This document shows, one piece after another, positions 51,391 through 61,151 of a stretch of 64,000 nucleotides of DNA. Source of the stretch: an uncultured Bacteroidales bacterium. GTDB taxonomy: Bacteria; Bacteroidota; Bacteroidia; Bacteroidales; UBA932. The notes beneath the pieces are model-generated. The model did no database searches. It had not been told where the DNA came from and saw only the letters and a program-made list of their open reading frames with translations. The position numbers were made by a program, and so were the translations under genes. The stretch spans positions 11,445 to 75,444 of the forward strand of contig URCV01000001.1 of the NCBI GenBank assembly GCA_900546445.1, read 5' to 3'. Numbering within the stretch: the stretch's first letter is position 1; every line of letters starts with the position of its first letter.

Positions 51391-51697
51391 GTGACGCATA
51401 CAATTCCTGTCGGGTACTTGTTGGATAGGAAAGGGCGAAACAATCTCGTTGGTCGCACCGGTCTTTACTTCATCGACATTGACCACGGCTTCGGTGTCTC
51501 TGTAAGGCGTTGCAAGGGAACACTCGTCTTGGACGACCACGTGCATACCTGGCTACACTTCCATTTGGGGCTTAGACCTCCAATCTTACCAGATTCACGC
51601 CCGCTATATCCTACTGGATACGAAAACCAGGTACCGGAGTCAATTCCTCCAGGTATCCGGCGTTGTGAGTTTTTGAATGCCGTAGGTTAAAGCGTAT

Positions 51698-52318
51698 CTA
51701 TCTTCTGCAGAATCTTGTCCGGCAGGACATCCAGCCCATAATACAGGTGACTCTCAGGATAGCCGAGGATACCGGCTGCGTGTTCTTGGCTCCGGTATCG
51801 TCAAAGCAGATGGCCTCGTGATGAGCGATGCTGTTGCGAAAATCCTTGACGGCTTGAAGTTCGTTGTAAACGGCTCTCTGTCCAAGGCCATGGGCCTTTG
51901 CCGGGAAGATCTGCAGCAGGCTTTGCCCGCCTGCGACAAAAGGCTTCTTGGTAAACAGGTAAGTCCAGAAGCCAAAGGTCACAGATGATACCAACCGGTC
52001 ATTGGAGTAGCGATTTTTCTTCACCAAGGCACGGATAGTCTTCTCGATAACAGCCTTCTGGGGATGGGTTTCAAGCATTCCGCCAGGTTGTAGTTGATTT
52101 CTGATCCAGTCCTGGGCGGCGAAATAAGCCTTGTAATGCTCGTTGATGGCATTACGGAGCACAACTTCGAAGATATTGAGGACGCCGTAAAACTTCTGGC
52201 ACAACTTGATGTTGTGGCGGTAAAGGGTAAGTGCCGCTACGGTGTCCCCACCGAACGCTTTGAGATATTTGTAAAGCCTTGCAGGAGAGAAGGCTTTTTC
52301 GTAATCCTGGTACTTCAT
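51698..52318 (-). CDS. Abi_2 (AbiD/AbiF-like) abortive-infection protein, apparently C-terminally truncated
   Basis: Starts MKY. Conserved LY..N.KL....Y..L.IFEVVLRNAI block and the RNsIAHHE motif. The frame degenerates about 35 aa after AHHE. Confidence 0.5.
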   Translation of the reverse strand: MKYQDYEKAFSPARLYKYLKAFGGDTVAALTLYRHNIKLCQKFYGVLNIFEVVLRNAINEHYKAYFAAQDWIRNQLQPGGMLETHPQKAVIEKTIRALVKKNRYSNDRLVSSVTFGFWTYLFTKKPFVAGGQSLLQIFPAKAHGLGQRAVYNELQAVKDFRNSIAHHEAICFDDTGAKNTQPVSSAILRVTCIMGWMSCRTRFCRR

Positions 52319-52836
52319 CGCTCCAATTCTTTCAAATTCTTTTGCAAAGTTAAAAATAATCGTACCTTTGCAATGGAATCCCCGTGTGTCCCTGAGCAAT
52401 CAAACACGCGGGTTTAGTCTTTTTATATGAGCCTTAGCGGAAGTACTCGTACTTAGAAAGAGCCTGTTTAGTGTATAATCTTAATGTTCCCATAAAAGCA
52501 AAAGACCCGCCCTGGTTCGCTGTTCAAATGGGAAGCGTGGCGGATTCTGTTGCTGCAATAGATACGAATAATCATTGATAATACAAACTTTTTGGCAAGA
52601 AAAATTATGCCAAAGTGGAATTCTTGGGTAGTGTTTCATCGAGTGTGTCCAGAGCCGGTCTATCGGCATTCCTCCATAAAAATAGGTCGTGACATTTCAC
52701 AACGTCACGACCCCGAATCAAATCATAACCAGTCTTTCGACTGATTTCCACAAATAAAATATGCCTAACGGCATAGCCTCGGCTTATCATTTTCCACAAC
52801 TTTCACCGAGACTTTTTCTCTTTATCCTTCCGGTCC

Positions 52837-53916
52837 TTAGAAGCTCGTAAACGCCGACCATGAGGTGTTCTTCGCTTCGACCCGCGTCTCTATGTCGCTT
52901 GGCAGGTTCACGAAGAAGTCGAACCCGGTCCACGCCTCTACTTCGTCTACGCTCACCGTGTAGTTCGCGTAGCTATCCGAGTAGGTCTTGTGCTCGAACC
53001 AGAAAGCCACGCAGACGGCGTCGGTCACGGTCCCGCCCGAGGTCTTCACCCTAAGTACCAGCTTATAGAAGTAGTTCGGGATAGGAACCTGCTGGGATGG
53101 TGCATTTGACGGGCTCGTGTAGCTTATAGTGCGACTCTCGCCCTCCTTATTGAAGGCTACGCCCGTCACTACATAGATCTCCTCGTTCTTGGTTTTCGCC
53201 ACGTCCTGTACGGCTCCTTCCAGTTTGCTCCAGATACCGCTATTGAAGCTGTTCTGAATCTGAGGAACCTGGTTCGTCACGTAGAAGGTCTGGGCCTGCA
53301 TCGTGGCATTTCCGTTACGCGAGCCGTTCGGACACATATGTCCCCTCGAATAGGTATTGCCCGAGTAGCTGCCTCCCGTCACCTTTATCTGGTACTTCTC
53401 ATCGATATTAGGATTATAAGACCACGACGAAAGGCGCTCGTAAGAGCCCATATGTCCGCTCTCGAGCGGATAGGCCGTCCAGAGAGGCGTCATCATAGAG
53501 GTATCGTAGAAGACAGTATAGTTCCTCTCCCCTGCGTAAGTGGTGCTTACCACATACTGAGAGCCTTCCTTTCCCGAAGCGAGTTCGAGCCAATCCTTAT
53601 CCACCGCAGGCCTTGTCGCCTCCTGGGTCTTGAAGACCATAGGAGAGCCAGCGTAGAAGGTCTCTTCATCCGACGAGTACTGTCCCGTACCCGATACGAT
53701 GGCGTATGCCTGGAAGACATAGTTCGTTCCCGGATTGAGGCCCGAGAGTGTCGCACTGAAAGTGCCGCTATCGGTCCCCGTCGTCGAAACGGATGAGGCC
53801 GGAAGTTTATTTGTCAAAGAACTTGAGGATGTACCCCAATAAAAGCCAACTTCGGAAGGAGTGGTAACGGCTCCCGTGAAAGAACCCGACAGAATCACCT
53901 CCGTCGAGCTCTTCAC
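52837..53916 (-). CDS. DNA/RNA non-specific endonuclease domain (Endonuclease NS/Serratia-nuclease family) preceded by an FN3-like domain. It has no signal peptide and no ATG start of its own.
   Basis: Active-site motif SRGHMCP (DRGH-type). The only start is a GTG. The frame is continuous with the upstream lipoprotein across one TGA. Confidence 0.7.
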   Translation of the reverse strand: MKSSTEVILSGSFTGAVTTPSEVGFYWGTSSSSLTNKLPASSVSTTGTDSGTFSATLSGLNPGTNYVFQAYAIVSGTGQYSSDEETFYAGSPMVFKTQEATRPAVDKDWLELASGKEGSQYVVSTTYAGERNYTVFYDTSMMTPLWTAYPLESGHMGSYERLSSWSYNPNIDEKYQIKVTGGSYSGNTYSRGHMCPNGSRNGNATMQAQTFYVTNQVPQIQNSFNSGIWSKLEGAVQDVAKTKNEEIYVVTGVAFNKEGESRTISYTSPSNAPSQQVPIPNYFYKLVLRVKTSGGTVTDAVCVAFWFEHKTYSDSYANYTVSVDEVEAWTGFDFFVNLPSDIETRVEAKNTSWSAFTSF

Positions 53917-53997
53917 TTCGGCCTTAATGTTACTTACCTCCGCGTATGGTCTTTCTCCCGTGGGTTCTTGCCCACCGGCGCCACCGCCGGACGGGAG

Positions 53998-56895
53998 TCA
54001 GTTGGCTGTTTTGTACTTAACCTGAATGTTATAGCACTTAACGCCCTTCGCTATATTAGTTACAGTTATCGTAACCTTATTACCAACTGCAGTAGATGTA
54101 CTTGTAACAGTTACATCAGTTCCAGCATTCAACTTACCTGTTCCGACTGATGTTTCGCCCACCTTTAATGTGACGGTTCCGGCGGTACCACTGAATCCTC
54201 CGAATTTAGCCGAGATAGATGTCACCTCAGCATCTTCAGGAAGGGTAGTCGTAAAAGTAATGCTCGTGGCTGGTGCATCTTTTTTCCCTACTTGATAATA
54301 ACCTGCATTCGGAGTAAACGATGTCGTTCCAACAGTAGTAATCGTCCAAGAGTTCTTCTGATCGTCATTAGCGGTTACGGAGGCCTTATTTATCTTTACA
54401 TCATTCGTTCCGAACGTGATTGTGGCGGTCTTATCATCCAAGGCGGAACCACCTACAACATACTTCTTCAAAGCAACTGCACTTGGCTTGTGGTCCTTAG
54501 CTACTGCGATAGCCTTGATAGTTTGTCCGTCGGTAAGGGTAACTGCGCTGAATACGGCGTCAGCCTCAGTAGGGTCGTCAGGAGCGTCTCCCACAGTGTA
54601 ATGGATAGTTGCGCCTGCAGTGTCGCAAGTGATAGACACGACACCACCCTCGGCTATAGTAATCACCGGAGTAGCGCAAGTAGGAAGAGGTGCTTTATAA
54701 GTCAATTCCGAGTAGTCAGCAGGGCAAAGCTCCCAAGTAGACTTATAGAGCTTCCAATCGCAATTTTTCAATGTACCGCTAATAGTACCCCCGACTTTCC
54801 ATTCAGATGGAGTATTCCTGCAGTAAATTTGCACCTCTTGAGTGCCTACCATAAAGTATACACCATTAGTGTACGTGCCAGATTTATAAAATTTGGTTAT
54901 TTCCTCATCCTTTAGGGTTACCGTAACCTTTGTGGCCGTCTCTGTAGGGTCTCCGGCAGCGATAAGCTCAGCTACGGAAGCATAAACAGGGACTGCAGCC
55001 GCTTCTACAAAGGTAGCTGATACCGTTACGTTAGCAGCTGGCATATTGAATGTATTTGCACTTGGATTGAATGACTTTTCAGTCTCGCCGTCCATGTAAG
55101 TTACTGTCCACTTGCCGAATGTAAATCCTTCTACAGGTATAGCCTCGAGAGTAAGCTTGTCACCCTTGAATGCTGTCGTAACTTCCTCGGTGCCATTCTT
55201 AACTGTAAATGAACCATTCTCGGCAGCTGCCTTCGTAATGGTATAAGCCACCTTTGAAAATGTTCCGGATACAGTCACATTCTGTGCAGGCATAGTAAAC
55301 TTGCCGTCAACTACCTCAATCACAGTCTCGTCGGCACCCTTTACTGACCAATCGTTGTTGAATGCATAACCCGAATCAGGAGTTGCGGTAAGGGTTACCT
55401 CTGCGCCAGCTTCTGCTTTAGCCGGGCTTGCTGAAAGGGTTCCGCCAGTAACTTCTGCGCAGCTAATTGAGTATGTCGCTGGTGTTGGTTCTGAAGAACT
55501 ACCGTCTGAATAAGTCACTTCAAGTTTATACAGCCATAATGCTGCAGAAGGAGCTAATTTGAAGAAGCCCCCCGTAATGGTATACTCATATATGTCTAGT
55601 TGTGTGTCAACTCCACTGCCCGTATTAGAAACCAATGTAACCGTTTCTGTGGACTTATTAGGTTTGTCAAGCAAATTAGTAATCTTATCGGCTGCAGTTC
55701 CTTGATAAACAGAAATAGCATCTGTCGTTTTAGGAAGAACCCAGGCTTTAATTGATGTCACTCCTGCCTTTGTATTTTGTATATATGACGTTGAAGTTTT
55801 CATTTGAATAAACTGCTTTGCTTCCATCATATAGCCTGAATTACCATTCTTAGAATTGGCGCAGATATTTGTCATACTATATTCAAGTCCATCAACAGTA
55901 ATGGTCTGAACGGCATCTTTATAATCTCCATAAGAGCCATTTCCCATTGCCTTTACAGCATTGACATTCTCAACATTTATGACAGATACCTTTTCAGACG
56001 GTGTTACACTGCCGCCCTTATCCGTCCAAGAAACAACTTTCTTAACCTTATACAGTTTTCCGGCAGTATAAGAACCACCCTTTGTGTTGCTGATTGTGAA
56101 TGTCTTGGTTGCAGTCTCAACGATGAGGGTCATCTTGGTGTAAGTTGTCGGAAGGACATTGAACCAAAGAGTGAAGTCATCGGCTGTCTGGCCGGTAGTA
56201 GTGAGCACAATCTCAGAAAGGCCAGTCTCATAATCCATTCCCGTAGGGTCAAGAAGAACGGTCTCTGCTGCAATTGCTGCATCTTCACCTTCCACCTTGA
56301 GCGTTGCCTTTGTGATAGCCTCGGTATTATCACTTGTGAAATGGAAATATGCAATTGCGGTCTGTCTCTGCATAGGGAATACAATAGCATTACCTGATTC
56401 ATCAAGACCAGGCTTTGCAGTCACGGTAACATGCTCTGCAACCATAAGGTCATACACACTATTGTATGCATTACCCGTCTGGGTTCTTGCGGAACCAAAA
56501 TCTACAACGCCATCTTTTGAATATGGGTAAGAAGCCTGATACTTCATTTTACGAACCTCGTCTCCGGTCGTTAGATCAGTAAGTTCGGCAGAAAACTTCA
56601 AGGCCGAAGCATCCCATGTTCCAGGAACGGTCTCAGTCTTTCCGGCATCTACATAAGTATACTCGATAGCTATCTTATCCCCCTTCTCCCACATAGCATT
56701 GAAAGCGGTTTCGCCCTCATCAGGAGTCAGAGTAGCCTTTGTAGCTCCTTCAATAGCGGCCTCGGCACCGAAATGTACCGTTACGAACTTTCCGTCTGCG
56801 TTTCCGTTATCCGGAACCAGCTTGTCATCATTACAAGCACTTAACCCTAAGGCAGCTACTGCCAATAGGGCAAACGATTTCATAAATTTTTTCAT
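53998..56895 (-). CDS. Large multi-domain surface lipoprotein (Ig-like beta-sandwich repeats), probably the N-terminal part of a fusion with the downstream nuclease
   Basis: Lipoprotein signal MKKFMKSFALLAVAALGLSAC. 965 aa of beta-rich repeats. Ends ...KYKTAN-TGA, then a Gly-rich linker in the same frame. Confidence 0.65.
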   Translation of the reverse strand: MKKFMKSFALLAVAALGLSACNDDKLVPDNGNADGKFVTVHFGAEAAIEGATKATLTPDEGETAFNAMWEKGDKIAIEYTYVDAGKTETVPGTWDASALKFSAELTDLTTGDEVRKMKYQASYPYSKDGVVDFGSARTQTGNAYNSVYDLMVAEHVTVTAKPGLDESGNAIVFPMQRQTAIAYFHFTSDNTEAITKATLKVEGEDAAIAAETVLLDPTGMDYETGLSEIVLTTTGQTADDFTLWFNVLPTTYTKMTLIVETATKTFTISNTKGGSYTAGKLYKVKKVVSWTDKGGSVTPSEKVSVINVENVNAVKAMGNGSYGDYKDAVQTITVDGLEYSMTNICANSKNGNSGYMMEAKQFIQMKTSTSYIQNTKAGVTSIKAWVLPKTTDAISVYQGTAADKITNLLDKPNKSTETVTLVSNTGSGVDTQLDIYEYTITGGFFKLAPSAALWLYKLEVTYSDGSSSEPTPATYSISCAEVTGGTLSASPAKAEAGAEVTLTATPDSGYAFNNDWSVKGADETVIEVVDGKFTMPAQNVTVSGTFSKVAYTITKAAAENGSFTVKNGTEEVTTAFKGDKLTLEAIPVEGFTFGKWTVTYMDGETEKSFNPSANTFNMPAANVTVSATFVEAAAVPVYASVAELIAAGDPTETATKVTVTLKDEEITKFYKSGTYTNGVYFMVGTQEVQIYCRNTPSEWKVGGTISGTLKNCDWKLYKSTWELCPADYSELTYKAPLPTCATPVITIAEGGVVSITCDTAGATIHYTVGDAPDDPTEADAVFSAVTLTDGQTIKAIAVAKDHKPSAVALKKYVVGGSALDDKTATITFGTNDVKINKASVTANDDQKNSWTITTVGTTSFTPNAGYYQVGKKDAPATSITFTTTLPEDAEVTSISAKFGGFSGTAGTVTLKVGETSVGTGKLNAGTDVTVTSTSTAVGNKVTITVTNIAKGVKCYNIQVKYKTAN

Positions 56896-56912
56896 AAGGC
56901 ACCTTCTTTAAA

Positions 56913-57089
56913 AATTCCAATCTCTTGACTGATCTTCAACATCGTTTTCGGAGAAGTCATGGAGGCCATATTGGTTATAAAGCGACCCGCCACTCTGGCA
57001 GAGTACTCCCTCCATAGACACGGAGAGGATTTCAAGACTCGGAGCCTCGTAACGCTCCGACACTTTAGTTAATGTTTTCTTGTTCATGA
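56913..57089 (-). CDS. Small hypothetical ORF (59 aa) immediately upstream of the lipoprotein gene
   Basis: MNKKTLTKVSERYEAPSLEILSV... No recognisable motif. Below the cutoff of the ORF track. Confidence 0.2.
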
Positions 57090-57153
57090 TTTTTTAATAA
57101 TTATTTATTAGACATATTTGTGCATCTTTATATAAGACATTTCGTAAAGTGCC

Positions 57154-57237
57154 CTTCGGACGATACGCGCTTCGCGCTATCCCTCCCACTTCGTGGGCCC
57201 CTCCCGTTCACATGCCACGGGCGGCAAGCCGTCCGAA
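57154..57237. other. Structured element, copy B (a solo copy with no adjacent transposase)
   Basis: Same conserved blocks as 33197-33301, with compensatory substitutions in three helices. Confidence 0.4.
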
Positions 57238-57603
57238 AAGCACATTTCCGAAATGCTGCTAACGAAGTATTGAAGACATTATACGCACAAAAAATCGCCG
57301 ACGAAATCTGCGTTTCGTCAGCGAGGCACATCATCTCCGCATAGGAGTATATATTACTACTATTTAATCTATTATTTAGGCAATTATGTCTACCCCCCCC
57401 CATCAAGATTTCAGAAGAGAAGCAAGGAATTAACGGGCTATGTGGTAAATAACAATTCATCTTGCACAATGTCTTGCAAATCTACAAATATTCTTCCTTA
57501 ATTCCAAACACCACCCTGCAAGCCACCTCAAAGGCACAAAACCCTCACGACTAATCCTTTCCCTCCCGTAAGAGAAACATTCTTACTCTTGAGCAAGTAA
57601 TCT

Positions 57604-58188
57604 TTAAAAGAAAACCATATTTGGCAGAATCTCTTCAATCATATTTTGTGGCACTTCACACTCCCGGGCAATCTCCGGCCACATTGATACCGCTTGGCAA
57701 ACTTCGTCAATAATTCTTGCGGCATTTTTAACGTTATTCTTAGCACCGCATTCAAGAAGGTCATCTTTTGTAATGTCACTGAATTTGCCGTTTATTGACA
57801 TCTGGTGGGCTGAGGTCCATTGGCCGTCGGGATTATAGGCGTACCCCATATCATAGGCAGGAGAAAGTCGCCAGCTCCCGCTTCTGTCCATCAGAAAAGA
57901 GATGTTCTTCGTGTGGTCATCTTGATTTCGTACCACGACATTGAATACCATTCTACGGAACATCTCCTGCGCTTCCTTGTAGGTAAGTCGCAGCCCTCGC
58001 ATCACGGTGAACGCCTGTTCGTAAGAATATGCTCTAAGTAACCTATAATCCAAATGAGCAATGGCGCAAAGTGTTTGCATATGCACTTTTTGTCCATTAA
58101 CTCTATCGAACCTCTTTGTTAGAAAATGCGCTCTTCCATTCTCTTCAATCTGTGAGCATTCCGCCATTTCGATGCCACATTCCTTCAC
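57604..58188 (-). pseudogene. HipA-family kinase fragment (C-terminal ~190 aa only)
   Basis: Catalytic-loop motif QDDHTKNISFL. It ends abruptly where the SprT-like repeat begins at 58199. It is a paralog of, not identical to, the intact hipA at 61460. Confidence 0.6.
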
Positions 58189-58198
58189 AAGACGAGAT

Positions 58199-58466
58199 GA
58201 CCTTCCCTGATTTTAGTTGACACTTTTAGAGCGGTTAAACTAATATGATTTACAATATCACCATCTGGGTTTACAGTCGGTGTTATTTTTCTCTAAAAGT
58301 CTTTGACCATGTCGACATTGGCCCAGTCCTTAAAACAGGGCACGATGGTCAGTTTAGAAGAAGGCATTTTGGGTCATTATTCAGCACAAAGCGTCTCTCG
58401 TTGACCCGGCCAATGGTTCCTCAACCAGTTCGTTTAGGGGACTATTTAAAGGTATCTTAAAGAGCG
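58199..58466 (+). pseudogene. Internally deleted copy of the SprT-like module (the ~390-bp coding core is missing)
   Basis: Colinear with 60160-60817 except for a deletion that joins ...ggtcattat|tc-agcacaaagcgtc... The residual ORF is frame-shifted. Confidence 0.55.
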
Positions 58467-58576
58467 AATCATGTTGACGTATTTTGTTTGTATTTGCTTC
58501 TTATTTTACATGCTTATAAAAATGATATTCAATGACTTATAGGCAAATGTCAGAATAAGAGATTTTTTCATGCTTA

Positions 58577-60040
58577 TTATACATTGTCCTTCGAAAGGAG
58601 GATCTGATTGGTCTTATCTTCGAAAAGATACTTTGACACCCAATACGCGTATAAGGCAGACGGAATAAAGAGGAAGGTATTGCCGTCAATGGTCGCGCTA
58701 CCAAGCTTTGACTTTGTGGTAACAATGATTTTGCGTATTCCATCATTGACTTCAAGGAATTTCCTGAGTGACTTGAGCTGACTCGGGTCTTCATAGAACT
58801 TGTCTGTCCATTTGATTTCGGCAAGCGAAAATGCCTTTTGTGAAGCATTATCTACCCAAACGATGTCGACTTCACCCTTCTCTCTTCCCTTGCTCCAGTT
58901 TGCATAGTAGAAGTTTGTCTTGTCTCCAAGTATCCACTGGTCATAGATGGCAGTTTCAACCATCTCTCCGCAAGCGTCATCGCTTTCACTGATTGGAGTG
59001 TATAAGGCACATCGCAGCGTAGGATTAGTGAGGTATATTTTCATCGAGGTGACACGCTGCATTTTCTTGGCAGTCTGGTCAATACGGTTCACGACTTTGA
59101 TCAGGAATGCCGCCTCCAGATATTCAAGGTATTTCTTGATTGTGTCCTTCTTGATGCCAGCCTCGCTTGAGAGTGTCTCGTATGAGAATTCATTGCCGCT
59201 GCGGAATGCGATATGAAGGAAGAGTTTGTTGAGTTCCTGGATATCCGATATTCCATAGAGACTTGGAAGATCTCGGAGCAGGACCTTCTCAACAATATCA
59301 TTCTTGATGTATTGCCCCGGATTCTCCTTGATCTTCTCGGAGAAGACAACCTCTGGATAGCCGCCATAGTTGATATACTCAAAGAAGTCTTCGTTCAGTT
59401 TGTCGATATCAAGTGTGCCGTATGGACAGATTGAACGGTCGGTTTCTTCAATGACGTTTCCATCCCTCTGCTGGAGATGGAGGAATTCGAAGAATGTCAG
59501 TGGAGGAAGCATGAAATCAGTGAATCGGCCGGCACCACTTTCGTTGCTCTTCATCTTCAATGCGGCGGCAGCGGAACCTGATGCGACGAATTTGGTTTTG
59601 CGATAGGTGTCGACCATTGACTTGAGATGAACTTCCCAGTCTTTCAGGTACTGGATTTCATCATAAAACACAAAGAACCCGTCAACGTCTTCTTTATGAA
59701 GAGATGTGCGTGCATACGAGAACAGATCATCGAGAGAAACATTGCTGTAAATCGGTGTGTCGATTGACATGTATATGATTCTCTGGGGATCAACGCCACT
59801 GTCTATCAGACGTTTGATACAGTGATAAATCATCACTGTCTTACCGACACGTCTCGGGCCCATGAGGATTGCGGCCCTGCGAAGCGAAAGATCCGCCACA
59901 ATAGGATAGAACAGATCGATATATGGCCTACGCGGCATTGCATCATAGTCATCTGCAATCTTACCTGTGGACCACCAAGGATTATCAAATATAAGCCTTT
60001 TGATTATCTGTTCTTTCTGTTGTTGATCGTACTTACTCAT
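58577..60040 (-). CDS. AAA+ ATPase (AAA_14/DUF4143 type)
   Basis: Walker A GPRRVGKT and Walker B FFVFYDEIQ, with a C-terminal DUF4143-like region. 487 aa. Confidence 0.7.
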   Translation of the reverse strand: MSKYDQQQKEQIIKRLIFDNPWWSTGKIADDYDAMPRRPYIDLFYPIVADLSLRRAAILMGPRRVGKTVMIYHCIKRLIDSGVDPQRIIYMSIDTPIYSNVSLDDLFSYARTSLHKEDVDGFFVFYDEIQYLKDWEVHLKSMVDTYRKTKFVASGSAAAALKMKSNESGAGRFTDFMLPPLTFFEFLHLQQRDGNVIEETDRSICPYGTLDIDKLNEDFFEYINYGGYPEVVFSEKIKENPGQYIKNDIVEKVLLRDLPSLYGISDIQELNKLFLHIAFRSGNEFSYETLSSEAGIKKDTIKKYLEYLEAAFLIKVVNRIDQTAKKMQRVTSMKIYLTNPTLRCALYTPISESDDACGEMVETAIYDQWILGDKTNFYYANWSKGREKGEVDIVWVDNASQKAFSLAEIKWTDKFYEDPSQLKSLRKFLEVNDGIRKIIVTTKSKLGSATIDGNTFLFIPSALYAYWVSKYLFEDKTNQILLSKDNV

Positions 60041-60240
60041 ATCTTTGCATTTTAACGATACAAATTTAGTAAATTTCTCTTAATATTGCAGAAATACGCA
60101 GAATAAGACGATGTAAATCGTCTTATTCTTACATTTCTGCGCTCTTCCATTTTACCCTTGACCTTCCCTGATTTTAGTTGACTCTTTTAGAGCGGTTAAA
60201 CTAATATGATTTACAATATCACTGACTGGGTTTACAGTCG

Positions 60241-60828
60241 GTGTTATTTGACAATGTCTACATTGGCCCAGTCCTTAAAACAGGGCACGATGATCAGTTT
60301 CGAAGAAGTCATATTTGGTCATTATCCTCAGTCTTATTACCTTTGGCCCGAAAAATAAAAAAGATGACAGATATGCCGATGACTCAAGAGGAGCAATACT
60401 ACTATAATCTATTGTCGTCAATATACCCGTGCAAGGTTCCATTCACGATATGCGTCAAGGATGACAAGCCGAAGACGCGGCTCGGAACATATTGGCCATC
60501 AAGGAAACACATCCTAATCCATACCGGCAGAAGGGACAAGTACGACCCCGTGGAAACCGCCATACACGAATATGCCCATCACATTCACTACACGGAGTTC
60601 GACAAGGAAAAAAAGAAGCAGGCCCCGCACGGAAAGGAGTTTTGGCAGATATATGGCCAATTGATGAACCGTGCGAACGAAATGGGGCTCTGCAAGCCGG
60701 AGCGTGGCGTCGTGCTAATCTTTCCGAAACTCGACAACAAAGCGTCGCTCGTTGACCCAGCCAATGGATCCTCAAATAGTTCGTTTAGGGAACTGTTTAA
60801 AGGTATCTTAAAGAGCGGAAAAATATAA
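60241..60828 (+). CDS. SprT-like zinc-metallopeptidase-domain protein (HExxH...HGxEF). The start may instead be the ATG near 60364.
   Basis: AIHEYAHHIHY plus APHGKEFWQIYGQL, matching the SprT-like HExxH / HG.EF pattern. Confidence 0.5.
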   Translation: MLFDNVYIGPVLKTGHDDQFRRSHIWSLSSVLLPLARKIKKMTDMPMTQEEQYYYNLLSSIYPCKVPFTICVKDDKPKTRLGTYWPSRKHILIHTGRRDKYDPVETAIHEYAHHIHYTEFDKEKKKQAPHGKEFWQIYGQLMNRANEMGLCKPERGVVLIFPKLDNKASLVDPANGSSNSSFRELFKGILKSGKI

Positions 60829-61151
60829 AAGATAATTCGCAACCCGAAAAACACCTTTGAACACATGCCTCACTCTACAGCGTTCTACTAAGGGTGTAAC
60901 CTAAAGGTGTACGAAACTTCTGTACACCTTCAGACACCGTACCATCTAGAAGTGTGTCTACGGCATCCTGACTCAAAAGGTGTTTTTCGAGTTCGCCGTA
61001 GCAAATATAGAAGATTTGGAGTTGAAGTCATGGTCTTTTCTTCATCATGGGAATAGTCTCTCTTCGTTTGTCAGACTAGATTTAATTTATTATATTTGGC
61101 ATACTATTTTAGGTAATATTGAGAATTATTGCGGTTTTCGCAGAATATATT

